64,000 nt of DNA. Source: Dudresnaya verticillata. Its lineage: Eukaryota. The notes below the pieces were generated by a model, which was given only the letters and a program-made list of their open reading frames with translations, ran no database searches and had not been told where the DNA came from. The stretch is taken from NCBI GenBank assembly GCA_977862235.1, contig OZ374562.1:1612001-1676000 (forward strand). The letters run 5' to 3'. Below are positions 8,902 to 20,852 of this stretch, piece after piece; within the stretch, counting starts at the first letter, position 1; each line of letters opens with the position of its first letter. Made by a program: the position numbers and the translations under genes.

Positions 8902-11889
8902 TCAAGAGCCGGCATACCTAACTAACAACGGCGATTCTCTGATTCTCTTCTTGACGAGCTGCGGTAGACGTCTCTTCGTAAGAGCTTCGAATTCGACCAT
9001 TACGGTCGCGACGCCGACAGTACCAGTCCATGGCTGCTTAGTCGCTGAGTATATGGATGCCTTGTACTTTCCGTCCCAAGCACCCTTACCGTCATACGCC
9101 TCGTACCATATTATATACAGCTCAGTAGCCTTTCCCGTAGCGTCCTGCACAACATCTAGAATCTGTCCAACCCAAAATGGGCATCGTGCGGTGGCGTTCT
9201 CCCTCACAACGGCAACGAAGTAGTTCTTCGTGTACTGCAGGTCTGAAGAGGGGGTCACAGTTTCCTCCTCACCGTCATCCCCTTCCGGTACGTACTCCAG
9301 CGCCGCTCTTCCGCTGTACTTTTCCCTTGTCTCAAATATGTGTCCCATATCCCAATGAAACGTTTCCAGCCTATCTCTGTACACGTGGTCACGCAATTCC
9401 TGCAGCTCCCTCATGTTTCCCGTGTCATTCACACGTGTCTCTTCAGAACGAAACCTGTAGTTGACTTCCTTCAAATCTGGCGGCGATTTGACCACTGTTG
9501 CTGGAGTCTTGCCAAGGTCAGGAGGGGATAGTATGAACCCCTTATGCTCTCCTCCTGTCTGCAACGGAACCCAGTCATCCGCGCATGTCATTCTCAATTG
9601 ACAGCCTGTCACAAAAGCTGCAACAGATTCTGCCTCTTCCGTCGCAGCTGGACCCACACGGTGGAATCTGAAATAGCGATAGGTCGTGAATGCCTCAACA
9701 TTACCAATGCATCCTTCCTGTCGACACAGGCCTGAGAAATTCGCAATTTGAAGCATGCGACTGACAACTGGTTCTGGACTGTACGACTGCCGAAGCTCTT
9801 CCATCAATTCAGTCATTGTGACTGCGTCCCGAACTTTAAGCCGGCGTGCCGTGCACGAAAAGGCCTGATCTATATCTGTGTGAGTGTGCCCGACGGGCAG
9901 GAAAGACACGAAGACCTCTTGGAACACACTCCATGTAACAAGACTCTCCAGGTATGAGAACAAAAAGGTATTTTTGTTCTCTCTCGAACAGTTGTCTACT
10001 TGTAGAAATAAAGTCCCTTGTAGCTCTCCTCTGGACTGTTTGTCCGAAAGTGTTCTGTGCAACGCCTCGATAATGTGGTTCGCGCCGGTCTCGAACTCAC
10101 CGGTCATTGTGTACAAGTGCAGACGCTTCTCAGCCCTGTGTTCAAGCACCCCAATAAGCTTCGCTTTCATGGCATGCACAATGCTGGCTTTGGACGACAC
10201 CACAAAATGGGGAAGTCCAAATGCGGACTGATCAGCACCATCCACTATGAGGGAGCAATACTCTTGCGGAAATAGTATCGCCTTCTCACATTTTTTCTGA
10301 TATTCACGTCTCTCTGCCTGTATGAATTTCAAGTGAATGTTGCGCCGCCCATGCAGGTGTTCAGTGCCTGCTCCAGAGGTCCCTGCCTGAGCAAGTCGCT
10401 CCAGAATGAGTTCGCCTTCGCTGCACTTTGCAAATCGGTGTGTCTTTCGCACCTTAATGCGGGAGCAACTGTGTTTCTATACAAAGTAAAAGTAACTCTG
10501 ACACGGAATTTCCCTGTTTCTGTACAGCCTGGTGTGGTCCAATTTGAAGATGTCATACACAACTGATTTCTGAACGTAGGGGAGGTGTGACTCCCCATTA
10601 TCGGGCATTGGTTCAGCAGTGCTGTCTGCAAGACGTTCAAGGAAGCAAATGATAGTATCCTGCCGATGGGATGAGGTATCACGCCTCGCATTGTTTGGGA
10701 GCTGCAGCTTCCGGGACGGCCTCGTGCCTTTTACAGAGGTCTGTAAGTCACGGGAGAATCCAAAGGCCTGCTCCAGAAAGTTGTAACAGACCGGCTGGCG
10801 GTTGAAAAAGTATTTCATCTTTGTCGTGTCCAACAGATTGCGAACATTCGTTCGCCTTGCTTCTACGTTCATTCCGGCAATTTTGCGCGCCTCCGCCTTT
10901 AAGTACACTTGATCCACACTTTGGAAGCATTTCTTCCCGATACAGCATATCATTGACTGCGTGTTTGCGCGTTCCAGGTCTTTGAAGAGGTTCTTACGTC
11001 TCTTCTGAAGACTTCCTCTCCCACTGAATGTCTGCGGCTTTCTCTTCCTGTAAGTATACTTTCGCTTCGTCCTGACCTGCACCTTCTGAAAAGGGTCATA
11101 CGCATCGTCATCACTTTCCGACACGTGTCGTACGGCGTCCGCATCATCATGGCTGGCCTCCCTCAAATGCTCTCGCGGTTCACTCAATTCCTCACTGCTC
11201 GGAGCATTGCCAGGCGGGGGTGTTGTTCGAATTGACCGCGCTCCGGCATCCGCTTGCGGACCCGCACTTTGTTGGAGGGGTGATGCTGGCCTGGTTGTGT
11301 CAACTGGTATCATCTGCTGGGGCGATGCGGTAGGGGCCACCGCTGCGGCAGTGTTTTCTGCAGTTGACGTCGGGGGGCAATTGCTCAGTATTGGGTAAAT
11401 TCTGCGACGAACTATGGCCTGTCGTGGAGAGTACAACCGTCTCTGGCACAACGGCGCGATTTCTCGATTGCCGAGCTCCTGAATTTAGTTCACATCCCAT
11501 GCATGAAAACCCCCACCCATCTCCCCAAGTGTGTGCGGAACTGAGTCCGTTGTCTTGTACTTGTATTTGTACTGAAGTTTCTCATGCGGTTGCATGATTT
11601 GTGCTCGGTAAACCACAACCAATTTCTCCCCTTTTTTCTGACTGGGAGAAAATTTGTGGCCATGCAGGGTGACACAATACCTGCCAGACTGGTCTGCGTC
11701 CTCTTTTGTCCCCGGTCTCTTGACAATAGCAGTGCCGACCATTTCCCTTTCATACAGAAGAACAACACGCCCTTCGTTGCGCGCTTTGCCTCCTCCTTTC
11801 TTTGCTTCATTTTCTCGCTCAGCGCAATCCGTAGTTGACGGGCTCATTTCCATGTCGTTCAAAATGTCCTTCCGCGACGGCATGTGCAC
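8902..11889 (-). pseudogene. Sola-like (DUF7869-type) DDD transposase with premature stops
   Basis: ORFs 11485..11889, 10477..11451 and 8902..10452 are in the same frame, separated by single stops (e.g. YFYFV*KHS, probably TGG>TAG). Motifs RFAKC, IVDGADQ, QVDNCSRENKN, FLPVGHTHTDIDQ. Confidence 0.75.
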
Positions 11890-12639
11890 ACAGCTTGTGA
11901 GAGTGCCACTCGTTCTGTCTTCCCTTCAGGCTCTAAGCAGAGCGCCCGCTTTGCAGTCTGTTAAGGCACCTGGCCGACCTGGCGGGGAGGCGCAACCCTT
12001 CGCAGTAAAACGCTTGCGCAGTAAATACCCTCTGTGATACCGCGGCGCGCCGCCTGTTGCCTGCTCTTGACGCTGCACACCCATGGAGCGGCACGAGTGG
12101 CTGCACGGGGTGCATCTGGGTTATTCTGCGACCCAGATTCTGTTTGTGATCAGATTCTGGTTCTGCACTTGGCCAATTACATATCAGGACAACTCTCCGC
12201 ATGCCTGCGGAGCCACACAAGCTGCAGCTTCTGGGAGGCGGACACACACAGCTGACAGTCACCCTGGGGTGACCTGGCGGCTGCAGTGCGGCGACATTAC
12301 GAGTTGATATCGTTTTCACACGCTTCCAAGGAAGTCGCCGCACAGCATGAATGGCAATGCTGCTGCTCCAGTTGTTTCAGTCTCTCTGATGGTTTTGGGA
12401 TCGGCGAAGCAGACAACAGGGCTCGTATCTCTCCTCGACAGCAACGTCCGGTTCACGACGCACATCACCAAGCCTGGCGCGAGCGCGGGCATCATGGGCA
12501 GGCGCATTTCAGCCAAACGGGCCTAGCTCATCTCAGCCGTCCGCACTGCGAACCGTGTGAGTCGTCTGCAGATTGCCGTGCATGGGTGAGCATGCTCATC
12601 CTGGACGGTACGCATTGGCGGTCAAGAATTCAGCAATAG

Positions 12640-13540
12640 AGAAGCTGAGAATGTTGCCACGCCTGTGTATCCAAATGATGAACTTGTTCCTATCATTACA
12701 ACGAACTTGGTGGAAGAGTTAGAAAGCGGTGTATCTGTTATTGGCAATGACTTTCAAGAGCCGAATGTTTCCAGCTCAAGACAGAGGGAGGCTTCGACAC
12801 GTGCATCGAGAGCTTATGAATGTGTTAAACTCATCGGCCGACTCGCAACATTTGATTCAGGCGCAGTGAGTGTGATCAGCCCGGGCTGATCGAATGGCCA
12901 TTCGAAGAAGTGATGGTGCAAACATCTTCATCTAAGCTGTTATCACTGCTTGATATCGTCTTACAAAAGCTGCTTCGAGGGCTTTCTACGAATAGTTCTG
13001 TGCTCTCAGCTGATGCATTCACAGTCAGTCATCAACCTCTAACCGAAGGCACAAAGCCGAAGGGGAAGGAGCTCATTACCGCCATTTCTGATTCGCGTGG
13101 TGAAGAGGACGAACTGAGAAACACTGGAGCTAATAGGCATCGAATGATCAGTTTTGGTATGCTGTTGTTGGGAAGCACGATCAACAAGATCATGGACGTC
13201 GTAATGGGCTTTGGTACAGAATCACGTGAGTTACAAGCAATGGTAGAGCCCTTTTTGCCTATGGTTGTCCAATCGCTGAGAACATCCCAGGATTCCTTAA
13301 CTCTGAATGCAGTCAACAACGTGCAAAAGCTCCTGAAACTTACCCTTCCCAACAAAGCTTCCGTTGCAGGATAAATGTCGGAAACAATTGTCAGCGTTCT
13401 CTCACGAAAGGCAGGACTAGTCACATATACAGAAGACTTATTTCACGCTTGCCTGCGGGCAGCAGCGGCATTGATTTACGAAGTCGGCGGTAAGCAATTC
13501 AAGGTAACCGAGTCGAAGCTCTTGTTGGGATATCGTGTAA
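12640..13540 (+). pseudogene. UTP20: captured fragment of a UTP20-like (SSU processome HEAT-repeat) gene, part 1
   Basis: Broken helical-repeat ORFs (12665..12889, 12910..13374, 13375..) with ASRAYECVKLIGRL resembling the UTP20 C-terminal half; stops and frameshifts; boundaries approximate. Confidence 0.5.
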
Positions 13541-13589
13541 CTGCCTTGAGAATGCAAAGGCCGCATCAGGGGCTTGTATTGCAGTGCGG

Positions 13590-14140
13590 AAAACTTGACT
13601 ACCAGGATCCTGGTATTTCGGCATCTCCTTGAGCTCGAGCTCAAGGAGATGCCGAAACCTGGGGAGAAGAAGGAGTGTTGGCTTGTGCTACATGAAGTGA
13701 GTGCCCCGCAAAACGCTGGCGCCTTATTGCGCTCGGCGTACTTTCTCGGTGCGGACGGTGTCATTGCCTGTAAGAGAAATAGTACGAAGTTGACACCTGT
13801 GGTGTCGAAGGCGTCTGCTGGTGCACTCGAGGCGATGCCAGTGTACGGTGTTCGCTCTTTACCGAGCTTTGTCAGGGCAGCGAGGAGGGATGGATGGCGT
13901 GCGATTGGTACTGCCCTTGGGGACGGGACAGTCGATGAAAAGACGGCTGAGCTGGACAGTTCATCGCTGGTTGTGATGGGCAGTGAGGGGCATGGTCTGA
14001 GGACTATGGTGAGGTATGAGTGCGATTTACTGGTCAGGATACGCGGTCGAGAGGAAGAGGACGACGCGGAGGATGCCGTAGACTCTCTCATTGTGAGTGT
14101 CGCCGGTGCTGTGACGTTGTTTCAACTGTTAGGGCGATAA
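13590..14140 (+). pseudogene. captured 5'-truncated SpoU/TrmH-family (MRM1/RlmB-like) rRNA 2'-O-methyltransferase
   Basis: PQNAGALLRSAYFLG, VSKASAGALE, VMGSEGHGLR and DSLIVSVA (canonical SLNVS with N>I); lacks the N-terminal domain and a true start. Confidence 0.8.
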
Positions 14141-14214
14141 GCTGGAGATTTCTATTCATGAGTACGGGTCTTCCAAGGCGTTAATGATGGCGCTAGGATG
14201 AATTGTGGTTTTAA

Positions 14215-15534
14215 TTCAAGCACCTCTGCCTGCCTTCAGATACCGAAAATCGAAACGATGCTACTGATAATGCATTATCATGAGAAAAGCGAAACACGGA
14301 AGCGCTAACTGTAAACATCATGGCTGTAATGTGGCAAGATATGGACCTGGAAGGGCCATGGCATGCTTGACCGAGGCCACAGAAGCTAAGACACAATGGG
14401 AACAGGGGCTCTGGCAAGCGGCTCTGCAGGCCATCAATACAGTATTTCTCGAGTTCCCTGCGGAGGTGCTGGAGGCTAGCCTCACTCTGCTGAGTGGGAA
14501 TACTTGCACTGGGTGGCGAAGACCATGATGCGGACTGGAAGAAAACGTACGCCGTCTTGCAGGGCATAGAGATTGCTTTACGTAAGCAACAGGACAGGAG
14601 CAGGGCGTTACAGTTAGCATTGCAGCTTGTTATGTGCCCTTTGTGGGAGAGGTTGCCAGTCCTTTTAGTTCACAAACAGCAATGGATTCGACTGTCTTCA
14701 GCACAGCTCTTAGGAAAGCATTTATCTGCGTCAGGTGGTCGATATTCTTCTCCGAAGGAGGCCAACGACACTGTTCATTTTGTTTTGTGGTCAACAACTG
14801 GAACAGTCCGCGCCATTTTGAAGTCTAGCTGTCTTCAGCTAGAAGCAAACATTTATGAGAAGACCTAGCTCATCAGTGCTTGAAGAACTTACTTTGCATC
14901 GCACACGCGACCTACAATAATTCTGATATTGCAGAGCTCGCGGAAAGTGACAGTACAGCAATGGGGGGCAGCAGTGTAGCTAAAGAAGAAGATTCTTCCG
15001 GGCTGTGGTGCCTGCTGGCACGAATGAGTGGGCTTTCTGTGCAATTCGGTGAGACAGAAGCAGCCATGCTTCATCGAGGCTGCTCATTACGATTCTTACT
15101 GATAACAAGCAAATGGGGGGGCTTTGACTGGGTCCAACGCCAAAAGGAGTTTAACATTTCTCCTGTTGTCAAAATGTTTGGAGTCTGGGCAGGGTTCACA
15201 TAAGACTAGCATGGCCGCTATCAATGCTGGTGTCAACAATGAGTCTAGACGCAGCTACTCAGCTGAGAAAAGCCAGATGCTAAGTGTCGAAAACTTGCGG
15301 GCGATGGCAAGCACACTTCAAGAAGCGCTAATTGACGGGCTCGGCGCAACAGAATACTACGGGGTATATCAAACCTTTCGCCAGAAGCGAGAGGACCAGA
15401 AGCAAGGGAGAAAACGACAAGCGGTGCTTGAATTGGCAGTCAATCCCGAGCGAGCAGCAAAGAGATGTAGGAAAAAGGCGGATGATCGGAAACATCGGAA
15501 AGCAGGCCGTGATGTGAATAGGCGACTATTCTGA
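14215..15534 (+). pseudogene. UTP20: captured fragment of a UTP20-like gene, C-terminal part
   Basis: WERLPVLLVHKQQWIRLSSAQLLG and the basic tail KREDQKQGRKRQAVLELAVNPERAAKRCRKK match the UTP20 C-terminal pattern; several frameshifts. Confidence 0.6.
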
Positions 15535-16600
15535 CGCGCGTCAGGCGGACTGGAAGGGGAGTCGGGCAGGATACCGTGAGTGATGGATTCGCGGGGCGGG
15601 AGTCGTCGCGGCGAGGGTAACGGCGTTTGTGGGGCAGTGTGTTGTGGCAGGCGTATTTGTGTCCACATTCTGGGCATTCAGGTCGTGAGCTCGCAGCGCC
15701 GAGGCCAGATAGATTGTGGAGTTTGCGTGCTCTCAGGACCTGTTCCCCGATACTGATATTGCACTTTGGGCTTCTGGGTTGCCGTGAAGCGCAATATCTG
15801 TTCTCATAGCAATGTGACTTGGCCGCATTCAGAAGCTGTAAAGGTGTTGACGGCGGCCCAATGGAAATACCCTTTTACAAGCTTATTCAATATCATTGGA
15901 CAGAAAATCTATACAGGTTTTTCAGCGCGCAATTTGCCACATCAAATGAACAGCTATTTGGCCCGGTGCTCTCGCCCAACCTGTTCCCTGATACTGATAT
16001 TGCACCCACAGGTGTTGACACCTCCCACCCCCGAGAACCTGTTCCTCGTAAATTGACCGCCGCGCCCCCTGCTGGCACGCCGCTGGAAACGGTGTGCCAG
16101 TACTCACCGAAACAGTATGTGGCATGCTATTTTGCTCGCAGTATCAGCACCTGGCCAGGCCGGCCTCAACTTCAAAGCCCGGCCAAGTCGGCTGGGACAG
16201 CGAGCAGCATGCCGTAATTGACTTTGTTACATCTCGCCGTGCAGGTCCGGTGAAACCTGCATTCTACCAATTCCAACTGTACGGCCTGTGCTAAGAATAG
16301 TTCTGATGGAGACTGCCCACACCCGGTGAACAATCCACGTGACCTCCCGTGCCATCTCAGAATTTGCGGCACATCCATGTCGACAGTACGATCGTACTCC
16401 CGCCGTCCAGTGTGTCGAAAGCCCGTATGGTGTCAGTCGAAAACGGCACCCTGCAAACATGAGCCGGGGACGTAAAGAACTTGTTGCGGGAGGTTTTCTG
16501 AACAGAATCTGGACAACTCGTCGGACATGCTGTACCCCTTTCCGAACTATTTCAAGGAGAGCGGTTTTCACCTGCACAGTGAGTCCTTCTCTCGCACACC

Positions 16601-19600
16601 ATGTCTAAGCGCAAGAAGCGGAGCAGGGGGTCAAGTGAGCCCTTGAGGAAGGAGGAGATGGCACAGGCACTGTTTGGAGATGTCATGGAGGGGTCTACCA
16701 ACATTCGAATAGACCCCAGGTCCTGTGTTCCGATGACTGATATAAGGGACATCTCGAGATCCGGTGTTGAGAGGCTCAAGAAGATTTTCAGGGGTGGTGG
16801 GACGAGGAGCGCTAACTACAACAACGGGTACATTGCCGGTTCTGATGCGCCCATACTGGCTCGCCTAACAGGTCCCTTCAGGAGTTTCATTTTTGAGTTT
16901 CTACGAGCTAAACGGAATGCGGATGGGACAGGGTACACAGAGAAACAGGTGAAAGAAGAGGCCTCCAGTCGGTTGGAGTGGTTCGGAGTTGTTGATGGCA
17001 TGCATCAACTTATCGCCGTTATGGAGCTAATCGATGAAGACCGGGAGACATGGAAGGGGTTTGCTTTGACTGCCACTATGCTTAAAGGGGGGCACAACAT
17101 CCAGATTCTGAAGAAACTGGCTCTTCATCAGAACAGAAAGTACGACTCCAGCTTTTTTGTAGAGACCACGTTTTACGATCAGATATGCGGTCTGAGGAAA
17201 GCGGCAGACCGTCTCGAAGCCAGTAATGGGAAGATTCCGACTGCGACGGCAGTTGCCGAAGCATATGATGGATGCAGTCACCTATCGGAAAACACTATCA
17301 AACAGACAGCGGCAACCGTTCTTGGTCTTGACCGTCGAGTTATCGATGCAATTGGGAAGGTAATGAAGGAGGAGGTCCCTGAACTAGCAACTATGCAACT
17401 GTTGACTGCTTCCGGAAAGGCCATAGACTCAAATGTTCCGATGCAGAATCTGGATTGCAGAGTATACAGACGCTTCATTCAAGTCAGTTCCATCAAGTCT
17501 TCCAAGGCCTTTATGAATGCAGGCAGCTCTGACAACGGCATTACTGTTCAAATAGCTACCCTGTACAGGCTTCGAGAGGTGTCAAGGACACACAATTTCA
17601 AACCTGTTTCGGCCAAACACACACAAGAGCAATTCGTGAAAGCTTCAGCCGCCCTTTCCGAGACTCGGATGTTTGAAGCGATGAGGGAGAGGACAGAATG
17701 CCTGTCAGGCATGGTTACATTAAGAGAAAACCTGCTACACGCTACGAAGCTGGACGTCGAGGTCATCATGAGTCGAGGTAATGACCGTACACTGTTGAAA
17801 ACAATAGTTGAGATGTACAGAGAGTGTTGTCCGGAAGAGGCCCCAGTGAAGTTGCAGAAGTACAAAGATCTGCAAACTGTGATGGATTCGACAGAAGGCA
17901 GACGTGATGACGCTGTCATGACCCGCCCGGGTTCCAATGAATGTGGAGCAAAAGATTCTGACGGTCAACAGAATTTGGACTGCACGTTGTCACCGCAGGT
18001 GGACGCTACCGGAATCTCTAACGACGACGAGGTTTTAGACTTAGTAACATCAACCAATTCGAAAAGGGAAGAAGGTTGCGAACCAGCAGAATCTGGACAG
18101 GCACCCGTCCAGAACGCAGACCCTACAGCTGCATGTGCAGCCAAAGACCATTATGTACCGGAAAAGAGTCCCAAAGACCCCACTATATCAACTGTGTCAT
18201 CAAAGCAGTCTGTTCGCCTCAACATGGGTACTAAGCCTGTGCTGGTGGAGGATGGATCGCTTTCTGTTCCAATAGATTATCTTGCGTAAATGAAACTGAC
18301 ATGCTTTCAGATGACATGGCAGAGCTACGACAGTACCGTTAGGAAGGAAGGTGACAAACGATTCGATTTAATCCTCACAGATCCACCATATGGTACACCG
18401 AAATCGCAGTCTAAGTCGGGGAGTTCATTCTATAATTACCTCAGCGAGGAAGACATTAAGAAGATAGTAGAGTTCTCGAGGCGCGTACTTGTAGCAGGGG
18501 GTGGTTGTTTGTTTTCACGTCATTCCTGAACTTCAGTGTATTCCACGATGCTCTGAAGAAGGCACAATTCATGTGCCCAGCATACCCATTCGTATTCTCC
18601 AAAGACCCCAAGACCATGCAGGAACATCGGGGGAGCGATATGCCCCAGAACTGTGTGGAAATGGCCATCATGGCGCGTGTCGCAGGTCAGCATGGCGGAG
18701 GGTTCTCGCTCGACCTTAGGAGCGAGTATCACTGCATCCCCTCCCCAGAAAAGGGGAAATTCGCGTCCATGTCCTCTCTACCAACACCGAAACACAAGTT
18801 GCTACGCCCAGGCACAAAGTCCCCAGTTCTGGTCGAAGAGAAGTCTCCCGAAGTACTTGTGGAGATAATGACAATATTCTGTCCGGAGGGCGGGTCAGTT
18901 CTGGATATGCACAGCGGAACCATGACGACTGGGATTGCAGCTCTCAAAACAGATTGTCGGTGTACACTAATCGAATCACAGGTCGAAACATTCAAGCTGG
19001 GGGCTGAACGTTTGCGTAGGCTTTTCACGGAAGCATATGAAATGAAGACAGGTCGTAAACGTTTGGAATCAAGTGCTCATGACGAACTGAATGGTATCGG
19101 TGAGGCAGCAAGAGGTAGTGTTGTCAAAACACATTCTGCTCAACCAACAAACCATTCCGTAACGAGGAAGGGACCTGAAATGTCCCATCTGACGACACCG
19201 TCCGAGCACGTATTGGATGTCCCCGAAGAGAGTATCGAGAAGCACGGCAGGAGTGAAGACATAGTTGTAGGAAGTGTGGAGCTGAATGAAAATTGCAGGA
19301 GAAGGAAAACACCTGAACCTTGTGCAATGCCCAAGGCCGGAGACAAAGTCACGCTTCTTGCAGATGATAAGGAAGTGGGGGAGGCCGTGTTGCATCCTGA
19401 AAAGACTCCAGGAGGGAACTGGAATGAACGCTTGCACGGCCACGATCTGTCAGAATCTGCCAAACCAGGGGAGCATCTTGTGGTCGTCTACAGTTTGAAG
19501 GTCATGGCAGAGTATGAGCTAAGTTCGTATCCGTATATATTCAAGGGAGTAGAGGACCCTCCTGCCAATCTCAAGGGCCTAAACGGCTTGTTGTTCTCGT

Positions 19601-19632
19601 GGGACTTGCACAACATGAAGAAGATTGGGTAG
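16601..19632 (+). pseudogene. ParB/Srx-like domain + beta-class DNA amino-(N6A/N4C) methyltransferase + C-terminal beta domain; one in-frame stop and one frameshift
   Basis: 16601..18289 (SRSGVERLK..., FGVVDGMHQ resembling ParB DGxHR) is followed in frame by 18290 (FDLILTDPPY). After a frameshift near 18500 come EKSPEVL..FCPEGGSVLDMHSGTMTTGIAA..CTLIE. Motif IV precedes motif I, the beta arrangement. Confidence 0.75.
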
Positions 19633-20140
19633 GAATTATAGTCAGTACAGTACTATTGTCATAGGCCGAATTGAACATTTCTCGAGCATCCGTATTCTGA
19701 ACACGTCTTTGCGTCTTGCTTCCGCCATGGTCCATGAATTCGACGTTGTTCAGGCACCATTTACTCGAATAACGCCAGTGCTTCCACGTGCCCTACTATG
19801 AACCCGGGGGTTATATTTGGTCCACCAAACAGAATCTGTCACGGAAGGCTGTCGCGAGTGTGGCACATGTACCGTACTGCTGCAGCTGTTGGCAACGTTG
19901 CGGCATATTGGCAGTAAGTGATTGATCGACTACGTACCGGAGTGCGCCCAGGGCTGTCTCCAACGCATATGAAATGGACACCCGTGAGCTCGTGGAAAGA
20001 TGGACCATGTGTTGTCCAGGCACGCAGTGATCCTGTCGCAGTTAAAGGCCTCGGCCATTTCGGAAAGAGAGCTGAGATGAAACGAAGTGTTCGTTCACCA
20101 CCGTAATCTGCTGTGACCAGAATACCGCTGTATTTAGACC

Positions 20141-20662
20141 ATGGATGACTTGATTCTGGATGTGGAAAAGCTGTACAACGCCGTTAAACATCGGATGGAG
20201 GAAGATCTCAATCTTGAGGCACGAAAATGGACGCATCAAAGCCCTAGCAGTGACGATGACATTCTGGACAACCACAATGACCTGGATCGTGCCCAAATGG
20301 CTTGGGAATCATCACAGCAATTTTACGCAGACAAGACGATGATGGAGCATTCCCACCATCAGAAAGCTTTGGAAAAGTTGTACAGGTTGTTGCTGAAGAA
20401 AATCTTTCTCGTGGGAAGGGGCAAGTACGTACGCGGTGCAGCCCATGCTATAGACTTCGCGATCGTGGAAACGCTGCACAGGGGCGGAGAGAACGCGTAT
20501 CAACTGGACCGCTACACACGTCTGCTTTGTACAAAATTCTACATGTCCAACAGCCGCGCAATGAAACCGGAGGTGAGGATGTGCATCATGAGGAGCCTGA
20601 ACAATGAACTGTCTAGTTGTGAAGGGCTGTATATGCGGAGGCATGATAGCAGCGATTGCTAA
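20141..20662 (+). CDS. hypothetical alpha-helical protein (173 aa) inside the TIR element
   Basis: ATG-started uninterrupted ORF with protein-like composition; no family recognised. Confidence 0.35.
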   Translation: MDDLILDVEKLYNAVKHRMEEDLNLEARKWTHQSPSSDDDILDNHNDLDRAQMAWESSQQFYADKTMMEHSHHQKALEKLYRLLLKKIFLVGRGKYVRGAAHAIDFAIVETLHRGGENAYQLDRYTRLLCTKFYMSNSRAMKPEVRMCIMRSLNNELSSCEGLYMRRHDSSDC

Positions 20663-20852
20663 CTTTAGAGATAGTAAAGTGGTGGCCTTCTCCCATGAGT
20701 ACAGCAATGCGCTTCATTCCATTTGGCGGCCTACAATCGGGGATGTGCCCCATTGAAGTATGGCATGGCCGTCAGCTGTGGCGCAATAAACGCGGCGCAG
20801 ACAACAGAATGCAATGGGGTCAGGCTGGCATTGTGCAGAACCGCAAGAGAAA

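Noticed and set aside
8019..9223. ORFs in the TIRs (8090..9223, and 20731..21432 on the right)
   Set aside because: Translations of GC-rich repeat DNA with no protein features.
15690..16560. Possible additional degraded gene between the UTP20 fragment and the ParB-MTase, with a ~27-bp duplication (~15738 and ~15979)
   Set aside because: No consistent frame or recognisable motif.
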